Positions 50,245 through 60,438 of a DNA stretch of 61,466 nucleotides are shown one piece after another (the stretch's first letter is position 1; the number at the start of each line of letters is the position of its first letter). The stretch is taken from positions 1-61,466 of the forward strand of contig CACBMH010000004.1 in NCBI GenBank assembly GCA_902539825.1, written 5' to 3'. The translations under genes were made by a program, and so were the position numbers. The stretch is from an uncultured Alphaproteobacteria bacterium. GTDB taxonomy: Bacteria; Pseudomonadota; Alphaproteobacteria; HIMB59; GCA-002718135. The notes beneath the pieces were generated by a model. The model was not told where the DNA came from. It did not search any database and saw only the letters and a program-made list of their open reading frames with translations.

Positions 50245-51015
50245 TTAACCTAAATATGCCGCAGTTAATACTGGAAAACTTGTAAATCCGAAATTACCTG
50301 CTTTTTCAGATTTATTTAATTGTTTTTTCCAATCATCTACTTTGTCTTCTGAAACACCTTGGCTTAAAGCAAACTTACCTAACATAGTTTCATAAAAAAT
50401 TGCTGGTGAATTATTATCTCTATTTGTAATTAAATACGATAAATTTTGAGAACTTATATTTTTATACCCAAGTTTTTTTAATTTACCATTTAAATCAAGT
50501 GGAAGCATTTGGTGAAAACAATGGGCTCTAAATGCCTCATGAATAAGATCATTAATTTCTTTTTCTGGTCCATAAAATCTAAAATAGTCCCAGAGAATTG
50601 AGACGTTAACAAATTTAGAATTAGTTTTAGAAATTCTTTTTATTTCTTTTAAGGACGTATCTATATCCTCGATATATTCTAATGTTTGAGTAGCTGTAAT
50701 TTTATCACATGAAACATCTTCTATATTGATATCATCGGCTGTAGTACAAATAAGTTCCACATTATTTTGATCTTTACATTTATCGCTTGCAACATCTAAC
50801 TGATCTTGACTGGGATCAATCCCTATTACTTTACCTTGTTCTCCTATAGATAATGACATTTCTTGGACTAAATGACCACCACCACAACCAATATCAATAA
50901 CAGTTTCATTAGTCTCTAAATTTAAGGCATTTACAATAGCTAGTCTTCGTGAAACTCCAGCATAACCGTTCGCTATTTTTTGTTGAATAATACTAGTTTC
51001 ATTATCAAATTTCAT
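50245..51015 (-). CDS. UbiE-like class I SAM-dependent methyltransferase
   Basis: VIDIGCGGG, GKVIGIDPS, QTLEYI; likely co-transcribed with ytoQ. Confidence 0.82.
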   Translation of the reverse strand: MKFDNETSIIQQKIANGYAGVSRRLAIVNALNLETNETVIDIGCGGGHLVQEMSLSIGEQGKVIGIDPSQDQLDVASDKCKDQNNVELICTTADDINIEDVSCDKITATQTLEYIEDIDTSLKEIKRISKTNSKFVNVSILWDYFRFYGPEKEINDLIHEAFRAHCFHQMLPLDLNGKLKKLGYKNISSQNLSYLITNRDNNSPAIFYETMLGKFALSQGVSEDKVDDWKKQLNKSEKAGNFGFTSFPVLTAAYLG

Positions 51016-51064
51016 TTTATTATTTTTCTTATTTATTTTTTAGTTATATAAAAAATACATATAA

Positions 51065-51475
51065 ATGGAATATCAAATAACTAAAATATTAATTATTTCT
51101 TTTTTTAGCTCGATATTAATTTCATTATTTTTAAACACAAGATATATTATTTTTTTCAAAAAATTTTCAAAAAATAAAAAAATCTTATTAAATTTATTTA
51201 TTTATTCTTTTTCTTCTTTGACATTGATTTTTATTAATTATTTGTTGAGTCTAAATGGATTAACTTCTTTAATAATTTTTAATGCTGCAATTATTACAAT
51301 TATATACTTTGAATTAGCTCTATATTTAGAAAAAGTTTTTTGGGATGATTTTTTAGGAAATTCACTCCCTAAATCGATCAATATGCTTATTAGTTTTGTT
51401 GTAATGATGAATTTTGGTTATTTTACTCTTATGTTTTACATAAAGATTTTAGACATTGATTATTTTGTCACATAA
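51065..51475 (+). CDS. Hypothetical membrane protein (about 4 TM helices)
   Basis: Alternating hydrophobic segments; no recognised motif. Confidence 0.55.
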   Translation: MEYQITKILIISFFSSILISLFLNTRYIIFFKKFSKNKKILLNLFIYSFSSLTLIFINYLLSLNGLTSLIIFNAAIITIIYFELALYLEKVFWDDFLGNSLPKSINMLISFVVMMNFGYFTLMFYIKILDIDYFVT

Positions 51476-51565
51476 GTATCATTGTAAATTAATATACAAA
51501 ATACTTATAATTTTTATGAAATAATATTTTCATAATAATAAAATATTTATTATTAATAATTTAGT

Positions 51566-52264
51566 ATGAATAAAGTTCTGTTTGTATTGCATCAAAAAAC
51601 TTCAGTTCCAGGAGATGTAGGAAATAAATTTAGAGATAGGGGATATGTTGCTGAAATATGTAGACCCCCTTTAGGTGAAGAACTTCCTTTAAATATTATC
51701 CAATACTCAGCAATAGTTGTATTTGGTGCACCAGGAAGCATAAACGATGAAGATGAATATATAAATAAAGAATTAGAATGGATAAACAAAGTTATAAAAA
51801 CTGATATTCCTTATCTTGGAATTTGTTTTGGTGCACAGTTATTAGCTAAATGTTTAGGTTCAGAAATAACAACTAATAAAGACGGGCTTTCAGAAATTGG
51901 TTTTTATAAAATTGAACCAACTGAAAATGCAAAAAATCTTTTTAATTCTCAAAAGATTTTTTTTCAATTCCATTCTGAAGGATTTTCCCTTCCTACGGGC
52001 TGTGAGTTATTAGCAAGGGGTGATATTTTTAATAATCAAGCTTTTAAATATCATAATTGTTATGCGCTCCAATTTCATCCAGAAGTAAATTTTAAACTTC
52101 ATATGAGATGGTTGTATTTAGTTTTATTAAAAAATCCTAAAAAATTATTCGTTAAAGGTGCTCAAAATATATTTGTTCAACTTTATTATCGTTATAAATA
52201 TAATAAGAATATATCAAATTGGTTAGATTCATTTTTAGATCAGTATTTTTTAAAAAAAACTTAA
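51566..52264 (+). CDS. Type 1 glutamine amidotransferase-like protein
   Basis: YLGICFGAQL (Cys), QFHSEGF, QFHPE (His-Glu). Confidence 0.88.
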   Translation: MNKVLFVLHQKTSVPGDVGNKFRDRGYVAEICRPPLGEELPLNIIQYSAIVVFGAPGSINDEDEYINKELEWINKVIKTDIPYLGICFGAQLLAKCLGSEITTNKDGLSEIGFYKIEPTENAKNLFNSQKIFFQFHSEGFSLPTGCELLARGDIFNNQAFKYHNCYALQFHPEVNFKLHMRWLYLVLLKNPKKLFVKGAQNIFVQLYYRYKYNKNISNWLDSFLDQYFLKKT

Positions 52265-52276
52265 ATGCTAATATAA

Positions 52277-53035
52277 GTGAAAATTAAAAACCTATATTTT
52301 TCACCTGTAAAATCTCTTTCTTTTAATAATGTAGATAATTTAGAGATAATTAAAAATATTGGTATAAAAAATGATCGAATATTTGCTTTCACTAATAATC
52401 TTAATCTTAAAGATATAGAATTAATAAAAAATAATCCTTTAAAACGAGAAATATACAAATTTTTATCATTAAAAAAATATCCTGAGTTAAATGAATATAA
52501 TTTTTTATTAGAAGATAATTTTTTAATACTAGAATTTGAAAATAGAATAATTTTAAAAACAGATATTGATAATCAACATGAAGTAAAAATCTTATGTAGT
52601 AAACTTGAGGATATTTTACCAAATATAAATAAAATTAATTTATTAAAAGATAGAATTAATCCTTTTTTTGATACAATGCCCAATAAATCAATATCATTAA
52701 TAAATTTAAACAGTATTAAAGACTTTGAAAACCTATCTAATCATCAAGTTGAACATGAGCGTTTTAGAGGAAATATATATGTAGAAGATTTAGATAAATG
52801 GGAAGAAAGGAAGCTGGTAGGTAAAGTTTTATTAATCAGTGATATAAAATTTAAAGTTATTAAAGAAATTCCCAGATGTTCAGCAACTAATATTAAGCCC
52901 AAAACTTCTGATATAAATCTTAATATTCCTTTAAGCCTAAAAAAAATATACAACCATATAAATTTAGGAATATATTTAGATCCTCTAAATGATGGTAAAA
53001 TAAATAAAGGTGATCTTATAAAAATTAATGAATAA
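52277..53035 (+). CDS. MOSC-domain protein (YcbX/mARC-like)
   Basis: SPVKSL, NDRIFAF, ERFRGNI, PRCSAT (Moco-ligating Cys), LGIY; GTG start. Confidence 0.85.
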   Translation: MKIKNLYFSPVKSLSFNNVDNLEIIKNIGIKNDRIFAFTNNLNLKDIELIKNNPLKREIYKFLSLKKYPELNEYNFLLEDNFLILEFENRIILKTDIDNQHEVKILCSKLEDILPNINKINLLKDRINPFFDTMPNKSISLINLNSIKDFENLSNHQVEHERFRGNIYVEDLDKWEERKLVGKVLLISDIKFKVIKEIPRCSATNIKPKTSDINLNIPLSLKKIYNHINLGIYLDPLNDGKINKGDLIKINE

Positions 53036-54152
53036 ATTCTTATTAAATCATTCAGAAAAACTTACAGGATATCTATTAATTTTTCCTGCTGTTTTAATAA
53101 TCAGTTTATTTGGAATTTTTCCTGTTTTTTTTGGAATGTATATGAGTGTACACAAGTGGAAAGTTTTTAAAGGAAGATTTTTAGGATTTGAGAATTACCA
53201 AAGAATACTTGGAGACATACCAGCTTTTTGGTTATTTGTTTTAGGATTATTATTATTGATATTGAGTTATGGACTGTGGAATGAATTTAAAAATAAAGTA
53301 AAAAATAAAATCTATTTAGCATTTTTATCTATAGCAATATTAATTATTGGAATAATATTAATTAATATCAACTGGGAAAAAATGCTTTTAACCGGTGATG
53401 AAGACTATCTTTACTCTCTTATTTACACTTTTTATTATTCATTTTTCACTATAATTTTTGAGGTTGGATTAGGATTAGTAATAGCATTTGCTTTGTACCA
53501 AAAACTAGCTGGTAAACAATTCTTTCAAATGATTTTACTTTTTCCTTACATTACTCCTGCAGTAATGGGTGCTGCAGTATTTTTTTTAATATTTGGTAAA
53601 GCTGAAAATTCTTTTTTAAATCAGCTTATAGGAGTTTTTGGTTTTGAGCCTCAAATGTGGTTATTTGATAAAAGACCTATTACTGAAGTTTTATTTGGAA
53701 TAAAAATAGAAGGTCTACTTGCTGGACCAAGTTTAGCTCTAATGTCATCAATCATATATGGAATATGGTCTTATACTGGCTATTATGCAATAATTTTACT
53801 CGCGGGTTTATCAATTATTCCCTCTGATTTATATGAGGCTGCGAAAGCAGAGGGGGCTAGTAGATGGCAAACATTTATTAAAATTACCATACCATTATTA
53901 ATGCCTATTATATTTTTTCTGATGTTGACTGGTTTTATAAATACCTTTCAAGCTTTCAATAGTATTTTTGTTATGCAAACTTCTTCTGCTGGAGATACAA
54001 TGGATGTTGTTACAATAGAAATTTTTGATCATTTTTGGGGTAGAGTGAAATATGGTTATGCTGCAGCTGAAGGAGTAATTTTATTTATACTTCTAAATAT
54101 TTTAGCAATATCACAATATGTAATTTTTAGAAAAAGGTTAAGCTATGACTAG
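53028..54152 (+). CDS. Carbohydrate (CUT1) ABC transporter permease
   Basis: GYLLIFPA, EAA loop IPSDLYEAAKAEGASRWQTFIKITIPLL, YGYAAA. Confidence 0.9.
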   Translation: MNKFLLNHSEKLTGYLLIFPAVLIISLFGIFPVFFGMYMSVHKWKVFKGRFLGFENYQRILGDIPAFWLFVLGLLLLILSYGLWNEFKNKVKNKIYLAFLSIAILIIGIILININWEKMLLTGDEDYLYSLIYTFYYSFFTIIFEVGLGLVIAFALYQKLAGKQFFQMILLFPYITPAVMGAAVFFLIFGKAENSFLNQLIGVFGFEPQMWLFDKRPITEVLFGIKIEGLLAGPSLALMSSIIYGIWSYTGYYAIILLAGLSIIPSDLYEAAKAEGASRWQTFIKITIPLLMPIIFFLMLTGFINTFQAFNSIFVMQTSSAGDTMDVVTIEIFDHFWGRVKYGYAAAEGVILFILLNILAISQYVIFRKRLSYD

Positions 54153-54990
54153 AATTATTAATGCTGAAACAAGGATACCTTATTTAATTTTATTAATAGT
54201 TTTTATTATTTCAATTTACCCATTTTTTTATATGATATCCACATCATTGATGACAGCTGGAGAAGCATCAAATCAATATTTATTTCCAAAAAAATTGATG
54301 TTTGAAAATTATTATGAAGTTTGGACATCAAATAGATTCCAACGTTATACATTTAATAGTTTAATAATTAGTTCAATAATTGTCATTGGTGTTTTATTAA
54401 CTAGTATTCCAGCAGCATACTCTTTTGCCAAAATAGAATTCCCATTTAAAAATATAATATTCTACATGTTGTTACTTTCATTAATGATTCCTGAAATCAT
54501 TACATTATTACCTCATTTATTAATTATTAGAGGGGAAATTATTCCATTGCCATTTGGACCTTCTTGGATGAATAGTCTTCAAGGTTTAACAGTTCCATTT
54601 ATGGGAAATATATTTGTAATTTTCTTATTAAGACAATATTTTAAAAAGATACCAAATGAGCTCTGGGATGCTGCAAGGCTTGATGGATCTTCTCATTTAA
54701 ATTTTTTACTCAAGGTAGTGATCCCAATGAGCAAACCTATTATTGTGACAGTCTCTTTATTTACTTTTATTATAGCGTGGAATAGTTTTGCTTGGCCTTT
54801 GCTTATATTAACTAGAGATGATTGGTATCCAGTAACAGTTTCTATCTATAGTTTTGTAAGAGAAGTAGGACCTAATTTTAATTTATTGATGGCTGCCTGC
54901 TTAATTGCAATTTTTCCAATTTTAGTATTATACTTTTTTACTCAGAAGTTATTCATAGAAAGTATATCAAACTTTGGATTAAAAGAATAA
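54145..54990 (+). CDS. Carbohydrate (CUT1) ABC transporter permease
   Basis: AAYSFAK, FLLRQYF..IPNELWDAARLDG, AWNSFAWP. Confidence 0.92.
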   Translation: MTRIINAETRIPYLILLIVFIISIYPFFYMISTSLMTAGEASNQYLFPKKLMFENYYEVWTSNRFQRYTFNSLIISSIIVIGVLLTSIPAAYSFAKIEFPFKNIIFYMLLLSLMIPEIITLLPHLLIIRGEIIPLPFGPSWMNSLQGLTVPFMGNIFVIFLLRQYFKKIPNELWDAARLDGSSHLNFLLKVVIPMSKPIIVTVSLFTFIIAWNSFAWPLLILTRDDWYPVTVSIYSFVREVGPNFNLLMAACLIAIFPILVLYFFTQKLFIESISNFGLKE

Positions 54991-55058
54991 ATCATTAAAT
55001 TTTTTGTAACAAAACTTTAATTTTACCTCTATATTGATTAATATTTTACGGGGTGATT

Positions 55059-56393
55059 ATGAAATTTTATAAATATATTTTAAATTTCTTCTTAGCTTGT
55101 TTATTTTTTATCTCCTCGCAATCATTCGCAATTACTGCACAAGATATTGAAAATGCAGATCCTTCAGGTCAAACTGTTGAATTCTGGGTTCAATATTCAG
55201 ATGAAAGATTAGATGCAATGATGGCAAGAGCTGAAAGATTTGAAGCTGAAACAGGAATAAAAGTTAATGTTGTTCACAAAGGGCATTATGGAAAAGTTCA
55301 ATCTGCTATGATGTCTGCTGCAGGAACAAAAGATATAGCAGACGTTGCAAGAGGTTATGGTAATGCTGCTGCAGATATGTACTTAATTGGTGCTTCAATT
55401 GATCAAAATATTTTAGCAAATAGTAAAAAATGGGGTGTTTCTCAAGATGATATAGCAGATTGGGGTGCAAACTGGACAGTTGGCTTTTCACCATATTTTG
55501 ATGGAAATCCAAAACTTTTACATGAAGTTGGAAAATCAATAGAGATCCTTTACTACAATGCAGATTGGTTAAAGGAACTAGGTTTAGATGCTCCTAAAAC
55601 TCCTGCTGATTTTGCTGAAGCAGCATGTGCTGCGACCAATCAAGATTACAGTGGTAAGATGGGTGAAGACGTTCCAAGTTATGGATATGAAATAGATACT
55701 GATGCAAGTAACTTTGCAGCATGGGTATTTGCGCATGGAGGTGATGTATTTGACTATGATAATGGTCAGTATATTTACAATGGCCCTAAAGCCATAGAAG
55801 CTATGGAATTCATTCAAGGAATGGCTAATAAAGGATGTGCAATAGTTGCAAGAGGTAAATACACTGATCAGCAATATTTAGGACAAGGTTCTGTTTTATT
55901 TGCTGCTGGCTCTACTTCCGGTATTACATATTTTCAAAAAGCCATTGAAGAGGGATACAATGGTAATTGGGATGTAGCTCCAATATCGTACACGACTAAT
56001 GAACCAGTACTTAACTTATATGGCGGTGGTTTAATTATGGGAAATTCAGGTGATGCTAATAGAATGGTAGCAGCATATCAGTGGATGAAATATATTTCTA
56101 ATACTGAGAACTCAGCAGTTTGGTCAACTGAAAGTGGGTATGGTTTTGTAAGAACTTCTTCTGCAGATCATCCATTAATTGCTGAAAAAAGAGCTGAATT
56201 ACCTCAATATGATAAATCATTAACAATGGTTCAATACGGAAAAGGTGAACCATCAGTTCCTGGTTATTATTCAGTTAGAGGTGAGGTTGAAAAAGCTTAT
56301 GCAGCAATCATTAATGGTGATGATATCATTTCAACTTTAAATCAATTAAATGAAGATGCTAATGCAATATTAGCTGATGCAACTGCAGAGTAG
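55059..56393 (+). CDS. CUT1 ABC extracellular solute-binding protein (UgpB-like)
   Basis: Signal peptide, VEFW, LYYNADWLKELG..PKT, GSTSG, AAYQWMKY; follows the permeases. Confidence 0.88.
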   Translation: MKFYKYILNFFLACLFFISSQSFAITAQDIENADPSGQTVEFWVQYSDERLDAMMARAERFEAETGIKVNVVHKGHYGKVQSAMMSAAGTKDIADVARGYGNAAADMYLIGASIDQNILANSKKWGVSQDDIADWGANWTVGFSPYFDGNPKLLHEVGKSIEILYYNADWLKELGLDAPKTPADFAEAACAATNQDYSGKMGEDVPSYGYEIDTDASNFAAWVFAHGGDVFDYDNGQYIYNGPKAIEAMEFIQGMANKGCAIVARGKYTDQQYLGQGSVLFAAGSTSGITYFQKAIEEGYNGNWDVAPISYTTNEPVLNLYGGGLIMGNSGDANRMVAAYQWMKYISNTENSAVWSTESGYGFVRTSSADHPLIAEKRAELPQYDKSLTMVQYGKGEPSVPGYYSVRGEVEKAYAAIINGDDIISTLNQLNEDANAILADATAE

Positions 56394-56414
56394 TTTAATT
56401 ATTTTACATTTAAT

Positions 56415-56441
56415 AGGGGTGGTTTATACCACCCTTTTTTT
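56415..56441 (+). terminator. Rho-independent terminator after the solute-binding protein gene
   Basis: GGGTGGT-TTAT-ACCACCC-TTTTTTT. Confidence 0.85.
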
Positions 56442-57002
56442 ATGATCATAGTTTGTTCTCTTAATGATTTACCGAATGTTTGTGAAAGCATACAGCCCAA
56501 ATATCTTGTATCAGTAATTGATCCTGGATATGCACCAGAAACACCCAAGGGTGTAAAAAATCATTTAAAGTTAGGATTTGACGATATTATTGAAATTAGT
56601 AGCAATAATAAAATATTTCGATTGAATACTGATGAAATACCACAAATTCTACCTGCGGAAGAACATGTAAATTCAATAGCTAATTTTACTTCTTCATATA
56701 CTTATGATGAAGATATCGTTATTCATTGTTGGTGTGGTGTCTCAAGATCAATGGCAACAGCTACTTATTTACTATGTAGAGAAAACAAAACTAATATTGA
56801 AAATACAATTAAATATATTAGAAATCTTGCACCGCATGCAAACCCAAATAAATTATTGATAAATCACTTTGAAAAGAAATTAGATGTTAGCAATCAAATC
56901 TCAAAATCATTTTTAAAATTTCCTTATACTAAAACATACGATTGTTCTTCAAATTTTGCACCTGTTACTTTATTTAATATAAAAGAGATTGAAAAAAACT
57001 AA
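56442..57002 (+). CDS. Protein-tyrosine/dual-specificity phosphatase-like protein
   Basis: HCWCGVSRS (CX5R P-loop), FDDI, APHANPN. Confidence 0.85.
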   Translation: MIIVCSLNDLPNVCESIQPKYLVSVIDPGYAPETPKGVKNHLKLGFDDIIEISSNNKIFRLNTDEIPQILPAEEHVNSIANFTSSYTYDEDIVIHCWCGVSRSMATATYLLCRENKTNIENTIKYIRNLAPHANPNKLLINHFEKKLDVSNQISKSFLKFPYTKTYDCSSNFAPVTLFNIKEIEKN

Positions 57003-57517
57003 TGAAAGAATACGTTCGAACAATTGCTGATTATCCTGTTGAAGGAATTCAATTCAGAGATATTACAACATTATTGCAAAATGCAGGACACTTTAAACAA
57101 GTCATTGATGATATGGTAAAACCATGGCAAAATATAAAAATAGACGCAGTTTTAAGTATAGAATCACGTGGATTTATTATGGCAGGGGCAATAGCTTATT
57201 TTTTAAATGCAGCATTTGTTCCTTTGAGAAAGCCTCATAAGCTTCCATTTGATACTTTCAAAACCTCATACGATTTAGAATATGGATCAACTGAAATGCA
57301 TATTCATACTGATGCTTTAGATGCTCATAAAGATTTATTAATTATTGATGATCTTTTAGCAACAGGTGGAACCGCACTTGCGGCAGTAGAGTTAATTAAA
57401 AAGTTTGAAGACAAAAATATTGTTGGTGCAGGTTTTATTATAAATTTACCAGATTTAAGTGGTGATAAAAAACTAATTGAAAAAGGAATTGAGATACATT
57501 CTTTAATGGAGTTTTAA
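57002..57517 (+). CDS. apt: Adenine phosphoribosyltransferase
   Basis: DYPVEGIQFRDITTL, ESRGF, LEYG, IIDDLLATGGT. Confidence 0.96.
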   Translation: MKEYVRTIADYPVEGIQFRDITTLLQNAGHFKQVIDDMVKPWQNIKIDAVLSIESRGFIMAGAIAYFLNAAFVPLRKPHKLPFDTFKTSYDLEYGSTEMHIHTDALDAHKDLLIIDDLLATGGTALAAVELIKKFEDKNIVGAGFIINLPDLSGDKKLIEKGIEIHSLMEF

Positions 57518-58657
57518 ATGAGAAATGCAGTTATTGTTGGTTACAAAAGATCACCTTTCACTTTTGCTCGTAAAGGTGAAATGGCTAATATAAGACCAGA
57601 AGACATTCTATCACAAACAATAAATCAATTACTTAATGAAATACAAATTAATAAAAATGACATTGAGGACATTATTACTGGTTGTGCGTATCCTGAAGGA
57701 GCACAAGGTAATAATATTGCTAAAATTGTCTCTTTCATGACAGATATGCCAGAACATGTAGCAGGTATGACAGTTAACAGATGGTGCGGTTCTTCAATGC
57801 AAGCTATTCATGATGCAACTGGTGCGATTGCAATTAACTCTGGAGAAGTTTTTTTATGTTGCGGTGTAGAAAGTATGACATTTATACCTATGAATGGATT
57901 AACATACGATCCTCACCCTCAATTAAGTAAAGATAATCCAAATGTATATATGTCTATGGGGATTACAGCAGAAAATGTTGCAAAAAAATTTGATATTTCT
58001 CGGAAAGAACAACAAGAATTTGCTATTAGCAGTCATTACAAAGCTAATTTAGCTAGAGAATCAAAAATGTTTGACAATGAAATAGTGTCTATCACAAATA
58101 ATGATGAGAAAATTAATAAAGATGGTGGCATTCGACCTAACACCTCACATGAAATTTTAGATGGGTTAAAACTTGCTTTTGATGAAAATGGAACAGTAAC
58201 AGCTGGTACAGCCTCACCATTAACAGATGGAGCATCAGCAGTAATTGTTTGTGAGGAAGAATATGCAAAAAAAAATAATCTAAATATTTTAGCTCGTATT
58301 AAATCTACAGCTGTAGTTGGTTGTCCACCAGAATTAATGGGTCTTGGCCCAATTAATGCATCTAAAAAAGCTCTAAAAAGAGCTAATTTATCTATTTCTG
58401 ATATTGATATTGTGGAACTAAATGAGGCATTTGCTTCTCAATCTTTAGCATGTATTAAAGAATTAAAGATGGACATAAATAAAGTAAATATACATGGTGG
58501 AGCAATAGCATTAGGCCACCCTTTGGGTGCTACTGGAGCAAGGATTACAGGTAAAGTTGCAACTCTATTGCAAAATAAAAATAAAAAGTATGGATTAGCG
58601 ACACAATGTATAGGTTTAGGTCAAGGTATTGCAACTGTGTTAGAAAATATTAATTAA
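57518..58657 (+). CDS. Acetyl-CoA C-acyltransferase (thiolase)
   Basis: VNRWCGSS, MGITAE, NEAFA, GAIALGHPLGATG, CIGLGQG. Confidence 0.94.
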   Translation: MRNAVIVGYKRSPFTFARKGEMANIRPEDILSQTINQLLNEIQINKNDIEDIITGCAYPEGAQGNNIAKIVSFMTDMPEHVAGMTVNRWCGSSMQAIHDATGAIAINSGEVFLCCGVESMTFIPMNGLTYDPHPQLSKDNPNVYMSMGITAENVAKKFDISRKEQQEFAISSHYKANLARESKMFDNEIVSITNNDEKINKDGGIRPNTSHEILDGLKLAFDENGTVTAGTASPLTDGASAVIVCEEEYAKKNNLNILARIKSTAVVGCPPELMGLGPINASKKALKRANLSISDIDIVELNEAFASQSLACIKELKMDINKVNIHGGAIALGHPLGATGARITGKVATLLQNKNKKYGLATQCIGLGQGIATVLENIN

Positions 58658-58662
58658 ATATT

Positions 58663-60438
58663 ATGCAAATTTATAAAACACCCCTACGTGAGTTTAAATT
58701 TTTAATTGAAGATTTTTTAAATCTTAAGGAAAGTGAAACATTAAAAAAATTAGATTTAGAAACAGGTGATCTAATGCTTATTATTGAAGAAGCAGCAAAA
58801 CTTTGTGAAGAAACCTTACTCCCGCTTAATCAAAGTGGAGATAGTGAAGGATGTTCATTTAATAATGGAGTTGTGACTGCTCCAAAAGGATTTAAAGAAG
58901 CTTATAAAACTTTTTCTGAAAATGGCTGGCAAGGACTAAAAGTAAAAGAAGAATTTGGTGGTCAAAACCTACCTTATATTATGAATATGATTTTAGATGA
59001 AATGATAAGCTCTACTAATATGTCATTTGGTCTTTATCCAGGTCTTACAGCAAATGCAATTGATGCAATTGAAAAGAGTGCTAATGAAGATTTGAAAAAT
59101 ACTTATCTGCCAAATTTAACTAGTGGTAAGTGGACAGGCACAATGAATTTAACTGAACCTCAATGTGGAACAGATCTTGGATTAAGTAAAACAATGGCAA
59201 CACCATTAGATGATGGAAGTTACAGTATTACTGGTACCAAAATTTTTATTACATGTGGAGAGCATGATTTAAGTGATAACATTATTCATTTAGTACTAGC
59301 AAGAACACCAAATGCGCCCCCTGGTATAAAAGGTATAAGTTTATTCTTGGTTCCTAAATTTTTACCAAATGAAAGTGGTGATTTTGTTGATAGAAATAAA
59401 GTTGAATGTGGATCAATAGAAAAGAAGATGGGTATTCATGCTAGTCCAACCTGTGTCATGCACTACAATGAAGCTAAGGGCTGGCTAGTAGGTGATCTTA
59501 ATAAAGGAATGAGAGCGATGTTTATAATGATGAATGGAGCTCGTTTGTTTGTAGGAATACAAGGATTAGGTTTATCAGAAACTGCTTATCAATCAGCACT
59601 TTATTATTCGAAAGAGCGTTTACAAGGAAAATTATCTTCCAGCAATCAGGTAGCTGATCCTATAATTGTTCATCCTGAAATAAGAAAAAACTTATTATAT
59701 ATAAAATCCATAAATGAAGCAGTTAGAGGTTTAACTTTATTGGCTGGAAATCACTTTGATAATATTGAAAATTCTTCAGATGATAAAGAAAAGAAATTAT
59801 CTGAAAATTTTATAGCACTAATGACGCCAATTATTAAATCGTATGCTTCAGATAAATCTGTAGAGAATACAAACAGAGCTATGCAAATCTATGGTGGTCA
59901 TGGTTTTATTACTGACCATGGAATGGAACAATTAGTAAGAGATGCTAGAATTACAACAATTTATGAAGGAACGAACGGAATTCAAGCTCTAGATTTGATA
60001 GGAAGAAAATTACAAACTGACAACGGTGCATTATTTAATGAATTTTTTACTATGATTGATAATTATCAAGTTAAAATTTCCAATAATCAAGATATGAAAA
60101 AATATATTGATTTATTTATGCCTTCATATGATTCTTACAAAAGTATTTTTGAATATATTAAATCATTAGATGATGAAAATGAGATTAATTCTCATGCTGT
60201 AGAATTTTTAAATTTATCATCTTTGATTTCTCTAGGTTATATTTGGTTGCACTATATAGAAATTTCATTAGCAAAATTAGAAAAGCATGATGAAAGTTTT
60301 TATAAATCTAAAATAGAAACTGGTAACTTCTTTTTAACTAAATTATTAGGTGAAACACAAGTTCTTTGTCAAAATATAAGATCTGGTGGAAAATACTATA
60401 ATGATTATAATGATAAATATTTTGAAACAGCAATCTAA
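58663..60438 (+). CDS. Acyl-CoA dehydrogenase, ~600-aa DmdC-like class
   Basis: GTMNLTEPQCGTDL, KIFITCGEHDL, KGISLF, EKKMGIHASPTC, MMNGARL, IYEGTNGIQALDL. Confidence 0.9.
   Translation: MQIYKTPLREFKFLIEDFLNLKESETLKKLDLETGDLMLIIEEAAKLCEETLLPLNQSGDSEGCSFNNGVVTAPKGFKEAYKTFSENGWQGLKVKEEFGGQNLPYIMNMILDEMISSTNMSFGLYPGLTANAIDAIEKSANEDLKNTYLPNLTSGKWTGTMNLTEPQCGTDLGLSKTMATPLDDGSYSITGTKIFITCGEHDLSDNIIHLVLARTPNAPPGIKGISLFLVPKFLPNESGDFVDRNKVECGSIEKKMGIHASPTCVMHYNEAKGWLVGDLNKGMRAMFIMMNGARLFVGIQGLGLSETAYQSALYYSKERLQGKLSSSNQVADPIIVHPEIRKNLLYIKSINEAVRGLTLLAGNHFDNIENSSDDKEKKLSENFIALMTPIIKSYASDKSVENTNRAMQIYGGHGFITDHGMEQLVRDARITTIYEGTNGIQALDLIGRKLQTDNGALFNEFFTMIDNYQVKISNNQDMKKYIDLFMPSYDSYKSIFEYIKSLDDENEINSHAVEFLNLSSLISLGYIWLHYIEISLAKLEKHDESFYKSKIETGNFFLTKLLGETQVLCQNIRSGGKYYNDYNDKYFETAI

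Noticed and set aside
40442-55874. Further shadow ORFs (40442-40663, 41078-41272, 41708-41905, 46770-46955, 48640-48915, 49180-49500, 52407-52622, 55306-55539, 55584-55874)
   Set aside because: Antisense to confident CDSs, with no independent evidence of coding.
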